Shown piece by piece: positions 9,579 to 19,066 of a DNA stretch of 64,000 bases. The DNA comes from Candidatus Bathyarchaeota archaeon (GTDB lineage: Archaea > Thermoproteota > CALKCG01 > B24), in assembly GCA_018396755.1 (NCBI GenBank), contig JAGTQM010000004.1, positions 17,099-81,098 on the forward strand. The letters run 5' to 3'. How positions within the stretch are numbered: position 1 is the first letter of the stretch; every line of letters begins with the position of its first letter. The position numbers and the translations under genes are program-made. The notes beneath the pieces were generated by a model. That model was given only the letters and a program-made list of their open reading frames with translations, did not search any database and had not been told where the DNA came from.

Positions 9579-11549
9579 ATGTCAAGGGAAGTAGTTAAGG
9601 AGAAGTTTCCATGGTTGCTTGTGATACTTGTACCGCTCATTTTAGGCTTCATAGGTCCCATATGGCAGTTGCTCATAGGCAGCTTCCCCTACTGGATTGC
9701 TAATGCATTAGGAGAATCTGTCTGCCACATAGGGTTAACTACAGCGCCATTTCTGACTCTTCTTGTAACAGCTCCGCTCTATAGGATTAAGTCTTTAAGA
9801 GACAGACTAGGCATTAAAACTCTAGCATACTTATACATAAGCTCTTTAACGACATCATATTTTATCCACTATCCATGGGCATTATGTACGCACTACATGT
9901 ATGCGCTCAGAATCACATTGCGTGAACTTGCAGATATGGTTATACCGACCTTTATGGCTCCTCCATATGAGGTTGCTATTCTACTATCAGAAGGTGGTCC
10001 AATAGATTGGAGTGCTTGGGCAACACCGATCACTTGGTACTGGCTTCTCAACGTAACTGTAAGCTTTTTCATGTTATCGTTGGCTACTCTATTTAGAAGG
10101 CTCTGGATAGATATTGAGAAGGTTCCGTTTCCACACGCTTTAGTCGCATATGAACTAGCTGAAAATAGTACCGCGGAGAAGGGTTGGAGTAGATTCTTCC
10201 TAATAGGAGTAGTCTTAGGTCTGGCTTTCCAAATTCCAGTAACCCTTACAGGAATATTTCCATGGTTCCCAGACATCTACGGCGTCAACTATAGATCATG
10301 TCCTATGTTGACCCGATGGTTTGGCGGCGATGAACCCATGGGCACTATACCAGGTATGATGAGTATGACGTATAGTCCTACAGCAGTAGCAATAGCTTAT
10401 ATGGTTCCTCTACATGTACAGTTTAGCACGTGGTTCTTTGCCTTAATGTACATAATAGCTGTTCAAATATCCTACTACATGGGCTATTATACTGGAATAA
10501 CGGGTATAGGTACGTGTGGTAGGTACTGGTGCAGTCCATCTCCATCTACAGATCCGCCTCTTAAATTTATGGCTATAGCCGTAGGTGCTCTCATAGCATT
10601 AGGTATTATGCATTTAATACTTAACAGGCGATATCTTACTGAAACGTTTAAAGCAGTGTCCATAGGCTCTGATGAATTTAAAGAAGAGGCTATGAGTTAC
10701 AGAGCATGTTACATGATGCTGGCTATTGCCCTCATAGCTTCCACGGCGTTCTGGATGTGGTCTACTATGTCGTTTTTAGATGCATTGGTTATGGCTCTAA
10801 CGGCTTTTTGCATATGGTATCCAATGAGCCGTCTTTTTGGATTAGCTGGAGCATACTGGAGAAGCGTCGATAAAGGTTTCGTCTTCTTTAGACTTCTCTA
10901 TCCGACGTGTCATGATCCACCGACAACTCGAGAATTCCTAGTGTTCAGAATGTCCACTTTCCTATCAGATACTCCATCATATCCGTGGGGTGGTGCAGCC
11001 ATTTCATCTTTCACCTCTTATAAATTCGCCAGCCTTGCTGGTTTAAGTGCAAGAGACACATTTAAAACTCTAGCCATAGCTTTTCTAATAGCACCTCTAG
11101 TGTCGAACGTTGCACTCGTATGGATTCTACATACAGTAGGCGGTAGACGTATAGGAATATGGTCGAGTTGGTATCTAGGAGGGACTTGGGCCTTAACTGG
11201 CGTATCTACGGGATGGATTACACTACCGGCTCGTGATCCTTGGGTTGAATATAGTATAATAGGTGCTATAGTAGCGATTGTTCTCAGCTTGCTTCACGCT
11301 AGATTCGTATGGTTTCCGCTTGAACCAATCGGCTACATACTGGGTACTACATGTGCTTCAGCCTTATTTGGGCTATGGTCTGCGTTTCTAGTTGCATGGA
11401 TACTTAAAATGATAACTCTACGAATTGGAGGAGCTAAACTCTACGAAGGCTGTGGTGTTCCAATAGCCTCAGGTGCCGTAACAGGATGCATGATAGGAAT
11501 GATACTAGGCGGAATAGTATGGATAACGAGATTCTTCATACCATTCTAA
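9579..11549 (+). CDS. Large polytopic membrane protein, uncharacterised family (paralog A)
   Basis: 656 aa and very hydrophobic, with many predicted TM helices. Conserved motifs shared with paralogs at 52762..54765 and 61237..63248: IDIEKVPFPHA, FPWFPD, YYTGITG, CGRYWCSPSPSTDPPLKF, and C-terminal RIGGAKLYEG. Confidence 0.8.
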   Translation: MSREVVKEKFPWLLVILVPLILGFIGPIWQLLIGSFPYWIANALGESVCHIGLTTAPFLTLLVTAPLYRIKSLRDRLGIKTLAYLYISSLTTSYFIHYPWALCTHYMYALRITLRELADMVIPTFMAPPYEVAILLSEGGPIDWSAWATPITWYWLLNVTVSFFMLSLATLFRRLWIDIEKVPFPHALVAYELAENSTAEKGWSRFFLIGVVLGLAFQIPVTLTGIFPWFPDIYGVNYRSCPMLTRWFGGDEPMGTIPGMMSMTYSPTAVAIAYMVPLHVQFSTWFFALMYIIAVQISYYMGYYTGITGIGTCGRYWCSPSPSTDPPLKFMAIAVGALIALGIMHLILNRRYLTETFKAVSIGSDEFKEEAMSYRACYMMLAIALIASTAFWMWSTMSFLDALVMALTAFCIWYPMSRLFGLAGAYWRSVDKGFVFFRLLYPTCHDPPTTREFLVFRMSTFLSDTPSYPWGGAAISSFTSYKFASLAGLSARDTFKTLAIAFLIAPLVSNVALVWILHTVGGRRIGIWSSWYLGGTWALTGVSTGWITLPARDPWVEYSIIGAIVAIVLSLLHARFVWFPLEPIGYILGTTCASALFGLWSAFLVAWILKMITLRIGGAKLYEGCGVPIASGAVTGCMIGMILGGIVWITRFFIPF

Positions 11550-11656
11550 ATAAACCCCCACCATTTTTCCTCCTGTAACCTCTACGTAAGATGATTTTTT
11601 AATGTAAATTCACGGTAAAACCTTTAAAGGTCTTACATTAAATTTTCAAATCAAAA

Positions 11657-14600
11657 TTGTCCACTAGAAGTTTTAACTCTAAAAATGATAGAGCCGTAAA
11701 GGTTTGGGAAGAGCATGTTGTTAAGCCCACCTACAAGATATTAAGGGAGGACAATCTTCCATATTTTATGAGTAAACACTACCCTTATACTAGGCTAGAC
11801 TTCTTCGATACAAAACCCACCCCGGTCAATTATAGGGAAGTCGTTATGGAGAATGAATACCTCAAAATATCCGTTAGACCGGAGCTTGGCGCCCGCCTAT
11901 TCTCAGCATTTGATAAAATATCTGAAAATCAAGTATTCCACTACGTTGACACAATTAGACCCTTCTTAATAGCTCAAAGGGGTGCATGGATTGCAGGAGG
12001 ATTAGAGTTTAACCTATGCCAACATCCAAGCCATACAGCAGACAATTTTTCACCAGTCGATTACGTATACGTCGTACATGAAGATGGAAGCGCTTCAATA
12101 TTGATAGGCAGCCTCATACTGTACACCAACGTAAGATACTTGGTCGAAATGACTCTAAGACCTAAAACGGCTAGGATAGATATTCGCGTAAAAACTTTCA
12201 ACACGGACCTTATTCCTCAGAGGTACTACTTCTGGTCTAACGCCGCCGTCTCTGCAAGCGAAAAGCTTCGCTTCTTCTACCCGGGCTCTCTTTCAAACAT
12301 AGGTAAATTCCCGGCGAATGAGGAAGGCGTTGACTTAAGCTGGTATGTGAACTACGATAGACCATTAAGCATATTCATCATAGATTCTGAAGAAGACTTT
12401 TTCGCAGCGTATGACTATAAGTCTTCCAGAGGACTGGTTCACTATGCAGATCACAATATTATCCTCGGGAAGAAGATATTCAGCTGGGGGCTATCTGAAG
12501 ATGGTTTATTCTGGAAAAACCTCCTATCGGATAAAGATATACCTTACGTAGAGATTCAAAGTGGGCGTTTTCTAACGCAGGGGATTGTTGAGCTTATAGA
12601 TCCACTGAGCTTCGAATCATGGGAAGAATACTGGTATCCAGTTCGAGATATGAATGGGATAACATATGCCAATGAAAAAGCAGCAATCTACGTGAATGAG
12701 GAAAATAAAGCTGAGCGTAGGCTTCAGATCAATGTATGCTCAACCATATCATGTGAAGCTAAACTCGTATTGTATGCAGACGGAGAGAAATTCTATGAAG
12801 AACTAGTAGAGCTTCTCCCTGAGAAGACGCTTAAGAGGAATATTAAAGCGCCGCCCGGAAAATTGCTGCTTAAAATAATTGACTTAAACGGAAGGGAAGT
12901 GATTTCATGGGACTTTCGAAGTTACAAGATAAAACCGCATGAAGCCCCATCTTGGATCAGAGAAGTCCCGAATTGGAATTGGAATAATGCCGTTGAAGAG
13001 CTTTGGCTGAAGGGGGTTGAATCTGCGAAGAGGGAGACGTTTCTTAAAGCCGAAAGATACTTCACGTCTTCTTTGGAGAAGGATGGTGTCTTCTCTAAAA
13101 GCTTATGTTCTCTAGGTCTTTTACGTTATAGATCGGGTCTATACGATGAAGCCGCATCCCTCTTTCAGAGGGCATTGACGAGAAATCCATACAATGAAGA
13201 GGCGCGTTATTACCTCGGTTTAACTATGCTTGTTTTAAATAATCTTGATGGAGCTGAGAGAGAACTCTGGAGAGTTTCCTCGAAGATAGGCTACAGATCA
13301 CTAGCTCTATACCTTCTAGGCATCATAAGGATGAGGTTAAAAGCATATGATGATGCCGAAAATCTACTGCGAAGGTCGATACAAGAATGCGGTTACAATT
13401 TGAAGGCTCTATGCGCTCTCTCTATGAGTCTTAGAAAACAGGGAAAGCGTGAGGAAGCGTGGAAGGTTTTAGAGGAAGCGTATCATATAATGCCTCTTGA
13501 CTACTTGGTACTTGCGGAAAGGTATCTTCTATCTTCTGATGAGGAGTTTAAAAGGGTGGTTTTCACAAGTTTCCAGAAGGTTTTGGAGGTGTCAAAAGGT
13601 TACATGTTTGCTGGCTTGTTTGAAGATTCACTGACGATATTGAAAGCAGCGCTGGACTATGGTATACGTAATCCGCTAATCTACTATTACATAGGATATT
13701 CTTATAAGAAGATTGGTAGGTTTAACGATGCTATAGACTACTACAAATACGGAAGTAGAGAAAACATCGATTATATTTTTCCGCACAGGTTAGAGGATTT
13801 GGAGGTTCTCAAAGATATCGTTAGTAGTCTTCCATCGGATCCAACACCGCATTATTTACTCGGCAACGTCTTATTCTATTTGGGACGATTTAAAGAAGGC
13901 CTCGAGAAGTGGGAGAGGGCTTACATGCTTGGATTGAGAAGTTCTGTACTTTCACGTAATATTGGATATGCTTACGCTGTCTTGACATTAGACTATAATA
14001 GGGCTATTAACATGTACTTGGAGGCTATAAGACTTGAACCTGAAAATCATAAACTCTATGTGGAGCTGGATGAGATTTACTCAAAGATCGGTTACTACAC
14101 TGAACGTGTTAAATTGCTAGAGAATACGCCTCAGGAAGCCAGGCATAGCGCACTGCTTGCTAGACTTGCCTCAGCATACGTTGACGCTGGAGAATACGAG
14201 AAGGCTCTAAATATTCTGTATAACACATTTTTCGAGCCTATGGAAGGTTACTATGGGTTTTGGGAAATTTACGTTGATGCACTTATGGCTAAAGGATTTA
14301 CACTTTTCAAGAACTGTATGTTTGAAGATGCGGCGAAATGCTTCATAGAAGCTATGAGCTATCCCAAAAACCTCGGTATAGGTGCACCGCATCTAAAATA
14401 TAGACAAGATTTAATGCAACTCTACTATGTCGGTTTAGTATATGAAAGACTCGGAGAATTTTCTACTGCGCAAAGAATATGGTCTAATGCTCTTCAACGA
14501 TTTTCTGGGGACCATGAGAATCGCATATTTAAAGCGTTGATTTTACGAAAACTGGGAAAAATCGAAGAATCTGAGCTTATGCTTAGAAAAGTAGTTGACG

Positions 14601-14845
14601 AAGCCAAGTCAGAATTGGATAGGATGTCTGAGGGATTAGGCGATGAAAATAGCTACTTAGTATATGTACATGGAGCTGACGTTTCATTTGCAAACTTACA
14701 TTATGTGTTGGGGCTTGGATACATTGCTCGAGGAATGGTGGAAGCAGGGGTCGAAGAGATAGATAAATCGTTGAAATTGACCAAGGTTATTAGACACGCG
14801 CGATGGATTAAAGATGGTATGATTCCAATATCGTCGCTTCTCTAG
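11657..14845 (+). CDS. Large DUF5107-like protein with C-terminal TPR repeats
   Basis: 1062 aa. The N-terminal region (VKVWEEHVVKPTY...) resembles the DUF5107 family. The C-terminal half is rich in TPR-like Y/A/L repeats. TTG start at 11657, with no nearby ATG. Confidence 0.5.
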   Translation: MSTRSFNSKNDRAVKVWEEHVVKPTYKILREDNLPYFMSKHYPYTRLDFFDTKPTPVNYREVVMENEYLKISVRPELGARLFSAFDKISENQVFHYVDTIRPFLIAQRGAWIAGGLEFNLCQHPSHTADNFSPVDYVYVVHEDGSASILIGSLILYTNVRYLVEMTLRPKTARIDIRVKTFNTDLIPQRYYFWSNAAVSASEKLRFFYPGSLSNIGKFPANEEGVDLSWYVNYDRPLSIFIIDSEEDFFAAYDYKSSRGLVHYADHNIILGKKIFSWGLSEDGLFWKNLLSDKDIPYVEIQSGRFLTQGIVELIDPLSFESWEEYWYPVRDMNGITYANEKAAIYVNEENKAERRLQINVCSTISCEAKLVLYADGEKFYEELVELLPEKTLKRNIKAPPGKLLLKIIDLNGREVISWDFRSYKIKPHEAPSWIREVPNWNWNNAVEELWLKGVESAKRETFLKAERYFTSSLEKDGVFSKSLCSLGLLRYRSGLYDEAASLFQRALTRNPYNEEARYYLGLTMLVLNNLDGAERELWRVSSKIGYRSLALYLLGIIRMRLKAYDDAENLLRRSIQECGYNLKALCALSMSLRKQGKREEAWKVLEEAYHIMPLDYLVLAERYLLSSDEEFKRVVFTSFQKVLEVSKGYMFAGLFEDSLTILKAALDYGIRNPLIYYYIGYSYKKIGRFNDAIDYYKYGSRENIDYIFPHRLEDLEVLKDIVSSLPSDPTPHYLLGNVLFYLGRFKEGLEKWERAYMLGLRSSVLSRNIGYAYAVLTLDYNRAINMYLEAIRLEPENHKLYVELDEIYSKIGYYTERVKLLENTPQEARHSALLARLASAYVDAGEYEKALNILYNTFFEPMEGYYGFWEIYVDALMAKGFTLFKNCMFEDAAKCFIEAMSYPKNLGIGAPHLKYRQDLMQLYYVGLVYERLGEFSTAQRIWSNALQRFSGDHENRIFKALILRKLGKIEESELMLRKVVDEAKSELDRMSEGLGDENSYLVYVHGADVSFANLHYVLGLGYIARGMVEAGVEEIDKSLKLTKVIRHARWIKDGMIPISSLL

Positions 14846-14902
14846 GTATGTAGATTTCAAGTAAGTATCCGTTCAATTATTCTACGATCTTCTAGTACTA
14901 CC

Positions 14903-15199
14903 TTAACTACGTTTAAACCGTAGATTTATTGGCTTTCCCTCTGATAGGATCTTCTCCGGTATTCTGTTTTTCCACTTTTCAAGAAACTCTAAGTCTTCTT
15001 TCAAATTTCTAAGCTCATCTGGAAGCATTTCAGGAATTTCATCACGTATTGGATAAAATCTATTACACTTAGAACACCATATAAGACCTTCTACGATTTC
15101 ACCGTCTTCCTTTTCTTCAAATACGAAGAGCTCAAGAGGATGGTGTTTGTCGATAGGGCATGCCAATATATCCATAAGTCTTCTCTTCAACAGATTCAC
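14903..15199 (-). CDS. Trm112-family small zinc-ribbon protein (methyltransferase activator-like)
   Basis: LMDILACPIDKH...CSKCNRFYPI, Trm112/DUF343-like. Its start overlaps the stop of the upstream Gfo oxidoreductase. Confidence 0.6.
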   Translation of the reverse strand: MNLLKRRLMDILACPIDKHHPLELFVFEEKEDGEIVEGLIWCSKCNRFYPIRDEIPEMLPDELRNLKEDLEFLEKWKNRIPEKILSEGKPINLRFKRS

Positions 15200-16131
15200 C
15201 TCAAATAAATCCTTTCACCTTTATAACCAGATTTAAGTATTGCCTCACATATCTTAAGTGCTTCCACTCCATCATCAGCCGTTAGAAGTAGGCTCTCCTT
15301 ACCTAAAACAGCATTGATAAAGTGTTTAAGCTCCCTCATTAAAGGCTCTTCCCACTTAACAGTCGGCTGAAGAACTTTTTCAGAATCTTCTATTAAAACT
15401 TCTTGAGATATGTAATCTAGCGAAACAGTAGCCTCGCTTCCAGTGATTATCAGAGACCTGATCCTGCGGGGTGTAAGCCAGTTGGCCTCTATAAACCCTG
15501 TAACTTCACTTTCAAAGTGGAGAATCGCTTCAGCGTAGTCTTCAAATCTATGCCTGAGACTGCCAACCTTGGCGTAAACGCTCTCAACATCGCCTATGAG
15601 GAAACGCATGACATCTAAATCGTGTATAGCAGAATCTTTAACAACACCCACGTCTCCTATGCGTTCAGGCCATCTAGAAACTCTTCTAGCAGTTATAAGT
15701 ATAATTCGGCCGAGTGCACCGTTATCTATCAATGTCTTAATTCTCCCCACGGCTGGGTTAAAGCGTTCTATATGGCCTGGCATGAGTCTAAGTCCTAAAC
15801 TGTAAGCTAAATCTCGAAGCTTCTCAGCCTCCTCTAAAGTGCTACATAAAGGCTTCTCCGTTAAACTGTGTACACCATGGTTTAAAACCTCAGATGTTAT
15901 CTCAAAATGCGTGGTCGTTGGTGTGCATATACTTACAGCATCTGGCTTTTCAACAAGAAGCATCTCCTTAAAATCACTGTATGCTCTACATCCATATCTC
16001 TTAGCTACGCTTTTAGATCTTTCACGGTCTATATCGCATACTGCAACAAGTTCAACGTCCTCTATCTCGCTATAGACTCTAGCATGGTTCCTACCCCAGA
16101 AACCTACACCTATGACCGCTACCTTAGTCAA
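15196..16131 (-). CDS. Gfo/Idh/MocA-family NAD(P)-dependent oxidoreductase (WbpB-like UDP-sugar 3-dehydrogenase candidate)
   Basis: VAVIGVGFWGRNHARVY Rossmann motif. Probable TTG start at 16131, giving MTKVAVIGVGFWG. It overlaps the stop of the upstream dehydrogenase in a TTGACTAA arrangement. The ORF-track GTG at 16185 would add an atypical 18 aa extension. Confidence 0.75.
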   Translation of the reverse strand: MTKVAVIGVGFWGRNHARVYSEIEDVELVAVCDIDRERSKSVAKRYGCRAYSDFKEMLLVEKPDAVSICTPTTTHFEITSEVLNHGVHSLTEKPLCSTLEEAEKLRDLAYSLGLRLMPGHIERFNPAVGRIKTLIDNGALGRIILITARRVSRWPERIGDVGVVKDSAIHDLDVMRFLIGDVESVYAKVGSLRHRFEDYAEAILHFESEVTGFIEANWLTPRRIRSLIITGSEATVSLDYISQEVLIEDSEKVLQPTVKWEEPLMRELKHFINAVLGKESLLLTADDGVEALKICEAILKSGYKGERIYLR

Positions 16132-17500
16132 CAGAATCAGCTCCCACGCCGACGTATATAAGGTTGGCTTTTTCAACTTCTTCACGGTTAAATATTCTGC
16201 CGAAGTCTACTATGGCTATAGTCTTACTCTCAGGGCTTCTAAAGTCGCTTAAGCTTATGTTTTTAAATACATCGTGTGGTGTAGCTATGATTACACAATC
16301 AACATCTCTGAGAGTCCTCTTAAGGCTTAAAGACGTTTTAAAGCCCATACCTCTAATTTCATCGCGTGTAAAATATGGATCATACACCACCACTTCAGCT
16401 CCCCTCTTCAGTAGCTCATTTGCTAATTTAAGACTATAGGAGTTTCTAGTATTTTTAACATTTGGTTTAAAACTTAACCCAAGTACAAGTATCCTAGAGC
16501 GTCTAAGAGGTTTCCCAAGCCTTCTTAAAGCCTTAATCACAAGTGCATAACCGTGTTTAAGGAGGATATCATTAACTTTTAAAGTTACTTTGAGCGTACG
16601 TAAGCTGAAATTAACGTTTTCAGCTGAATTCTGCAAGAGTTGAGCATCCTTAGGCAGATGACCACCCACACCTATGCTAGGTTTAAGAAGATGGCAGAAT
16701 GGCTGAGTTGTGGCAGCCTTCAATACTTCAACATAATCTACACCTATTTTTTCACATAAGACCGCTAGCTCATGGCTAATAACCAGTGCGGCAAACCGAT
16801 AGAAGTTTTCAAAAAGTTTGACAGTTTCAGCTGTTTTAATATCCCTAACTCTAACAATCCCCCCTTCAACAACTGTTTTCAAAACAGCCTCACTAATTGC
16901 AAGGCTTTTAGGTCCAACTGCTCCAACAACTCTAGGATAACTTACAAGATCCCTCAGCAATGATCCCTCCGCTCCTCTGAGGGGGCTATAGGAAAAACCG
17001 AAGTCTTGCTCAGCCTTTAAATTAGACAATGCCTCAATTCTCTCTTTAACCACTTCTTCAGTTACACCTGGACCAGTTGTACTGCTTTGAATAATAAGAC
17101 TACCCCTCGTCATACACGTACCTAAATCTTCTGCAATTTTACGGAGGGGGAAGTAGTCTGGAATACCGAGTTGACTTACTGAAGCCGATATGACAATCAT
17201 GATTATCTCAGAATCGTTAACAGCGGATTTGACATCTGTAGTTGGGTGAAATTTTTCCATCCTAAGCACTTTCTGAAGAAGTGCTCGAAGTCCCGGTTCA
17301 GAGTTTGGAATTACACCACGCTTAAGCTTGTCAACAAGTTCTACGTTTGCGTCTACTCCATAAACTTCAACCCCTTTATCCGCGTAAAGGCAAGCTAACG
17401 GTAGACCCATAACTCCACAGCCTATTACGCTCAGTTTAAGATTTCCTTTAGTAAGCATCTCAGGAATTTCCTCAGGATTTAGATCCATTATATTAGTCAT
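16124..17500 (-). CDS. NDP-sugar dehydrogenase (UDP-glucose/UDP-GlcNAc/UDP-ManNAc 6-dehydrogenase family, WbpA/WecC-like)
   Basis: LSVIGCGVMGLPLACLYADKGVEVYGVD N-terminal NAD-binding fold. 458 aa, typical of the UDP-Glc/GDP-Man dehydrogenase family. Confidence 0.8.
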   Translation of the reverse strand: MTNIMDLNPEEIPEMLTKGNLKLSVIGCGVMGLPLACLYADKGVEVYGVDANVELVDKLKRGVIPNSEPGLRALLQKVLRMEKFHPTTDVKSAVNDSEIIMIVISASVSQLGIPDYFPLRKIAEDLGTCMTRGSLIIQSSTTGPGVTEEVVKERIEALSNLKAEQDFGFSYSPLRGAEGSLLRDLVSYPRVVGAVGPKSLAISEAVLKTVVEGGIVRVRDIKTAETVKLFENFYRFAALVISHELAVLCEKIGVDYVEVLKAATTQPFCHLLKPSIGVGGHLPKDAQLLQNSAENVNFSLRTLKVTLKVNDILLKHGYALVIKALRRLGKPLRRSRILVLGLSFKPNVKNTRNSYSLKLANELLKRGAEVVVYDPYFTRDEIRGMGFKTSLSLKRTLRDVDCVIIATPHDVFKNISLSDFRSPESKTIAIVDFGRIFNREEVEKANLIYVGVGADSVD

Positions 17501-17591
17501 AAAGGACGACCTCTTCGCGTATGTATTAGTACTCTAAAATTCTAACTATGAGAATTTAAATTATACCCTCTAAGGATTGTTGTGGTTCTAA

Positions 17592-17837
17592 TGGATTGCC
17601 GTCGATTTAGAGCATAGTATCGTCACTATAACGTCTGAAAAGGGGATAGAGTTTTCAATACTTCGTTATAACCGTCGAAATAAACTTCATGAAGCAGAGA
17701 AACGCATTGACGGAAAACTGAATAATCCAAGGTTGAAGAAAATAACATTCCATCCATTAAAGCACTGGAAGACATCGATAAGATATCGTAGAACCAGAGG
17801 CATCCTACACGTCAAGGAATTGCTCGATCATAAGTAG
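17592..17837 (+). pseudogene. Remnant of a tyrosine recombinase (integrase) C-terminal domain, with no start codon and truncated before the catalytic Tyr
   Basis: The open frame translates to ...ITFHPLKHWKTSIRYRRTRGILHVKELLDHK*. This matches the recombinase box II consensus HxLRHxxAT...G......V..LLGH position for position. The frame stops right after LLDHK, so the downstream Tyr is missing. Confidence 0.35.
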
Positions 17838-17992
17838 ATTGAAAATACAATGATTTATATCATAGTAGAAAAAGTACTGTTTCAAATCAATGATTTTCAC
17901 TGTAAAGTTGATCAAAGCAAGCTTTAACTACGTGACAACCTTTAACGAGGTAATGCTTTTTAGAAAGTGGAAGCGAAGGTTTCACTGAAAAT

Positions 17993-19066
17993 ATGAGAGT
18001 TTTACTTGACATTTTAACGCCAAAGCAATGTAGATTTTTCTCAGTTTTGGGAAGAGAGCTTGAGAAACGGAGTTTCGAAGTCTATAAAACGGCTAGAGTA
18101 TTTAGGGAAGTTGTTGGACTTTTAGAAGCCTTAGGTGAAGAGGCCTACTTAGTAGGTAGATATGGCGGGGCAACGCTTGAAGGAAAGCTTGAAGCCAGTT
18201 TGAAGCGGATGATAGAACTTAAGAAGGTTTTCCAGAAAATTAGACCTAATCTAGTTGTATCCTTCTCCTCTCCAGAAGCATCTAGAGTAGCCTTCGGGCT
18301 AAATATACCTCATGTAGCTGTAAATGATAGTCCACATTCAAACGCTGTGGCAAGACTATCAATTCCACTGTCTAAAATGCTGTTCACACCTTGGATTATA
18401 CCTAAGAATGCTTGGACAGTATACGGTATAGAACCTTCTAGGATTTTTAAATATAAGGCTCTAGATCCAGCTGCGTGGCTTAAGAATTTTAAACCGGATC
18501 TAAATATTGTTAAATCATTGGGGCTATCTAAGGAGAAGCCAATAGTAGTATTCAGGCTTGAAGAAAGCCAAGCGTCGTACATACTTGGCATGGGCGGTCT
18601 CGTCGAAGAAATAGCTTTAAAAGTCATTCAAAGATTTGACATTCAACCAGTTATAATGCCTAGATATGAGGAGCAATTGCAGAAAATCTTAGAAAAATTT
18701 AACGTAAAGGCTCTAGTATTGGAAAAAACAATAGATGCCGCAAACCTATTGTGCTCAGCTACGGTGTTTGTAGGAGGTGGGGGGACTATGAACTCTGAAG
18801 CTGCTTTGTTAGGTGTTCCAGTAATTTCATGCTACCCTGGTGAAGAAACATACGTTGAGAAATTCCTTATAGGTAAAGGTTTCCTATGTAAAGTCTTCAA
18901 CTCAGAAGAAGCTTTAAAACTTATAGAGCGTTTTCTAAAGTTTCGCGAAAAGGTTAAGTTTGAGAGAAAAGCTAGAAAGCTTTTAGCTTCTATGGTAAAT
19001 CCCGCAGAGTTTATAGCGGAGAAAATTGCTCAAACTTTTTCCCATGAATCTTCTTCTCAAGTTTAG
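17993..19066 (+). CDS. DUF354-family protein (archaeal glycosyltransferase / UDP-GlcNAc 2-epimerase-like fold)
   Basis: MRVLLDILTPKQCRFFSVLGRELEKRSFEV... resembles DUF354 N-termini. A GT-B-like glycine-rich segment (VFVGGGGTMNSEAALLGVP) is present. Confidence 0.55.
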   Translation: MRVLLDILTPKQCRFFSVLGRELEKRSFEVYKTARVFREVVGLLEALGEEAYLVGRYGGATLEGKLEASLKRMIELKKVFQKIRPNLVVSFSSPEASRVAFGLNIPHVAVNDSPHSNAVARLSIPLSKMLFTPWIIPKNAWTVYGIEPSRIFKYKALDPAAWLKNFKPDLNIVKSLGLSKEKPIVVFRLEESQASYILGMGGLVEEIALKVIQRFDIQPVIMPRYEEQLQKILEKFNVKALVLEKTIDAANLLCSATVFVGGGGTMNSEAALLGVPVISCYPGEETYVEKFLIGKGFLCKVFNSEEALKLIERFLKFREKVKFERKARKLLASMVNPAEFIAEKIAQTFSHESSSQV

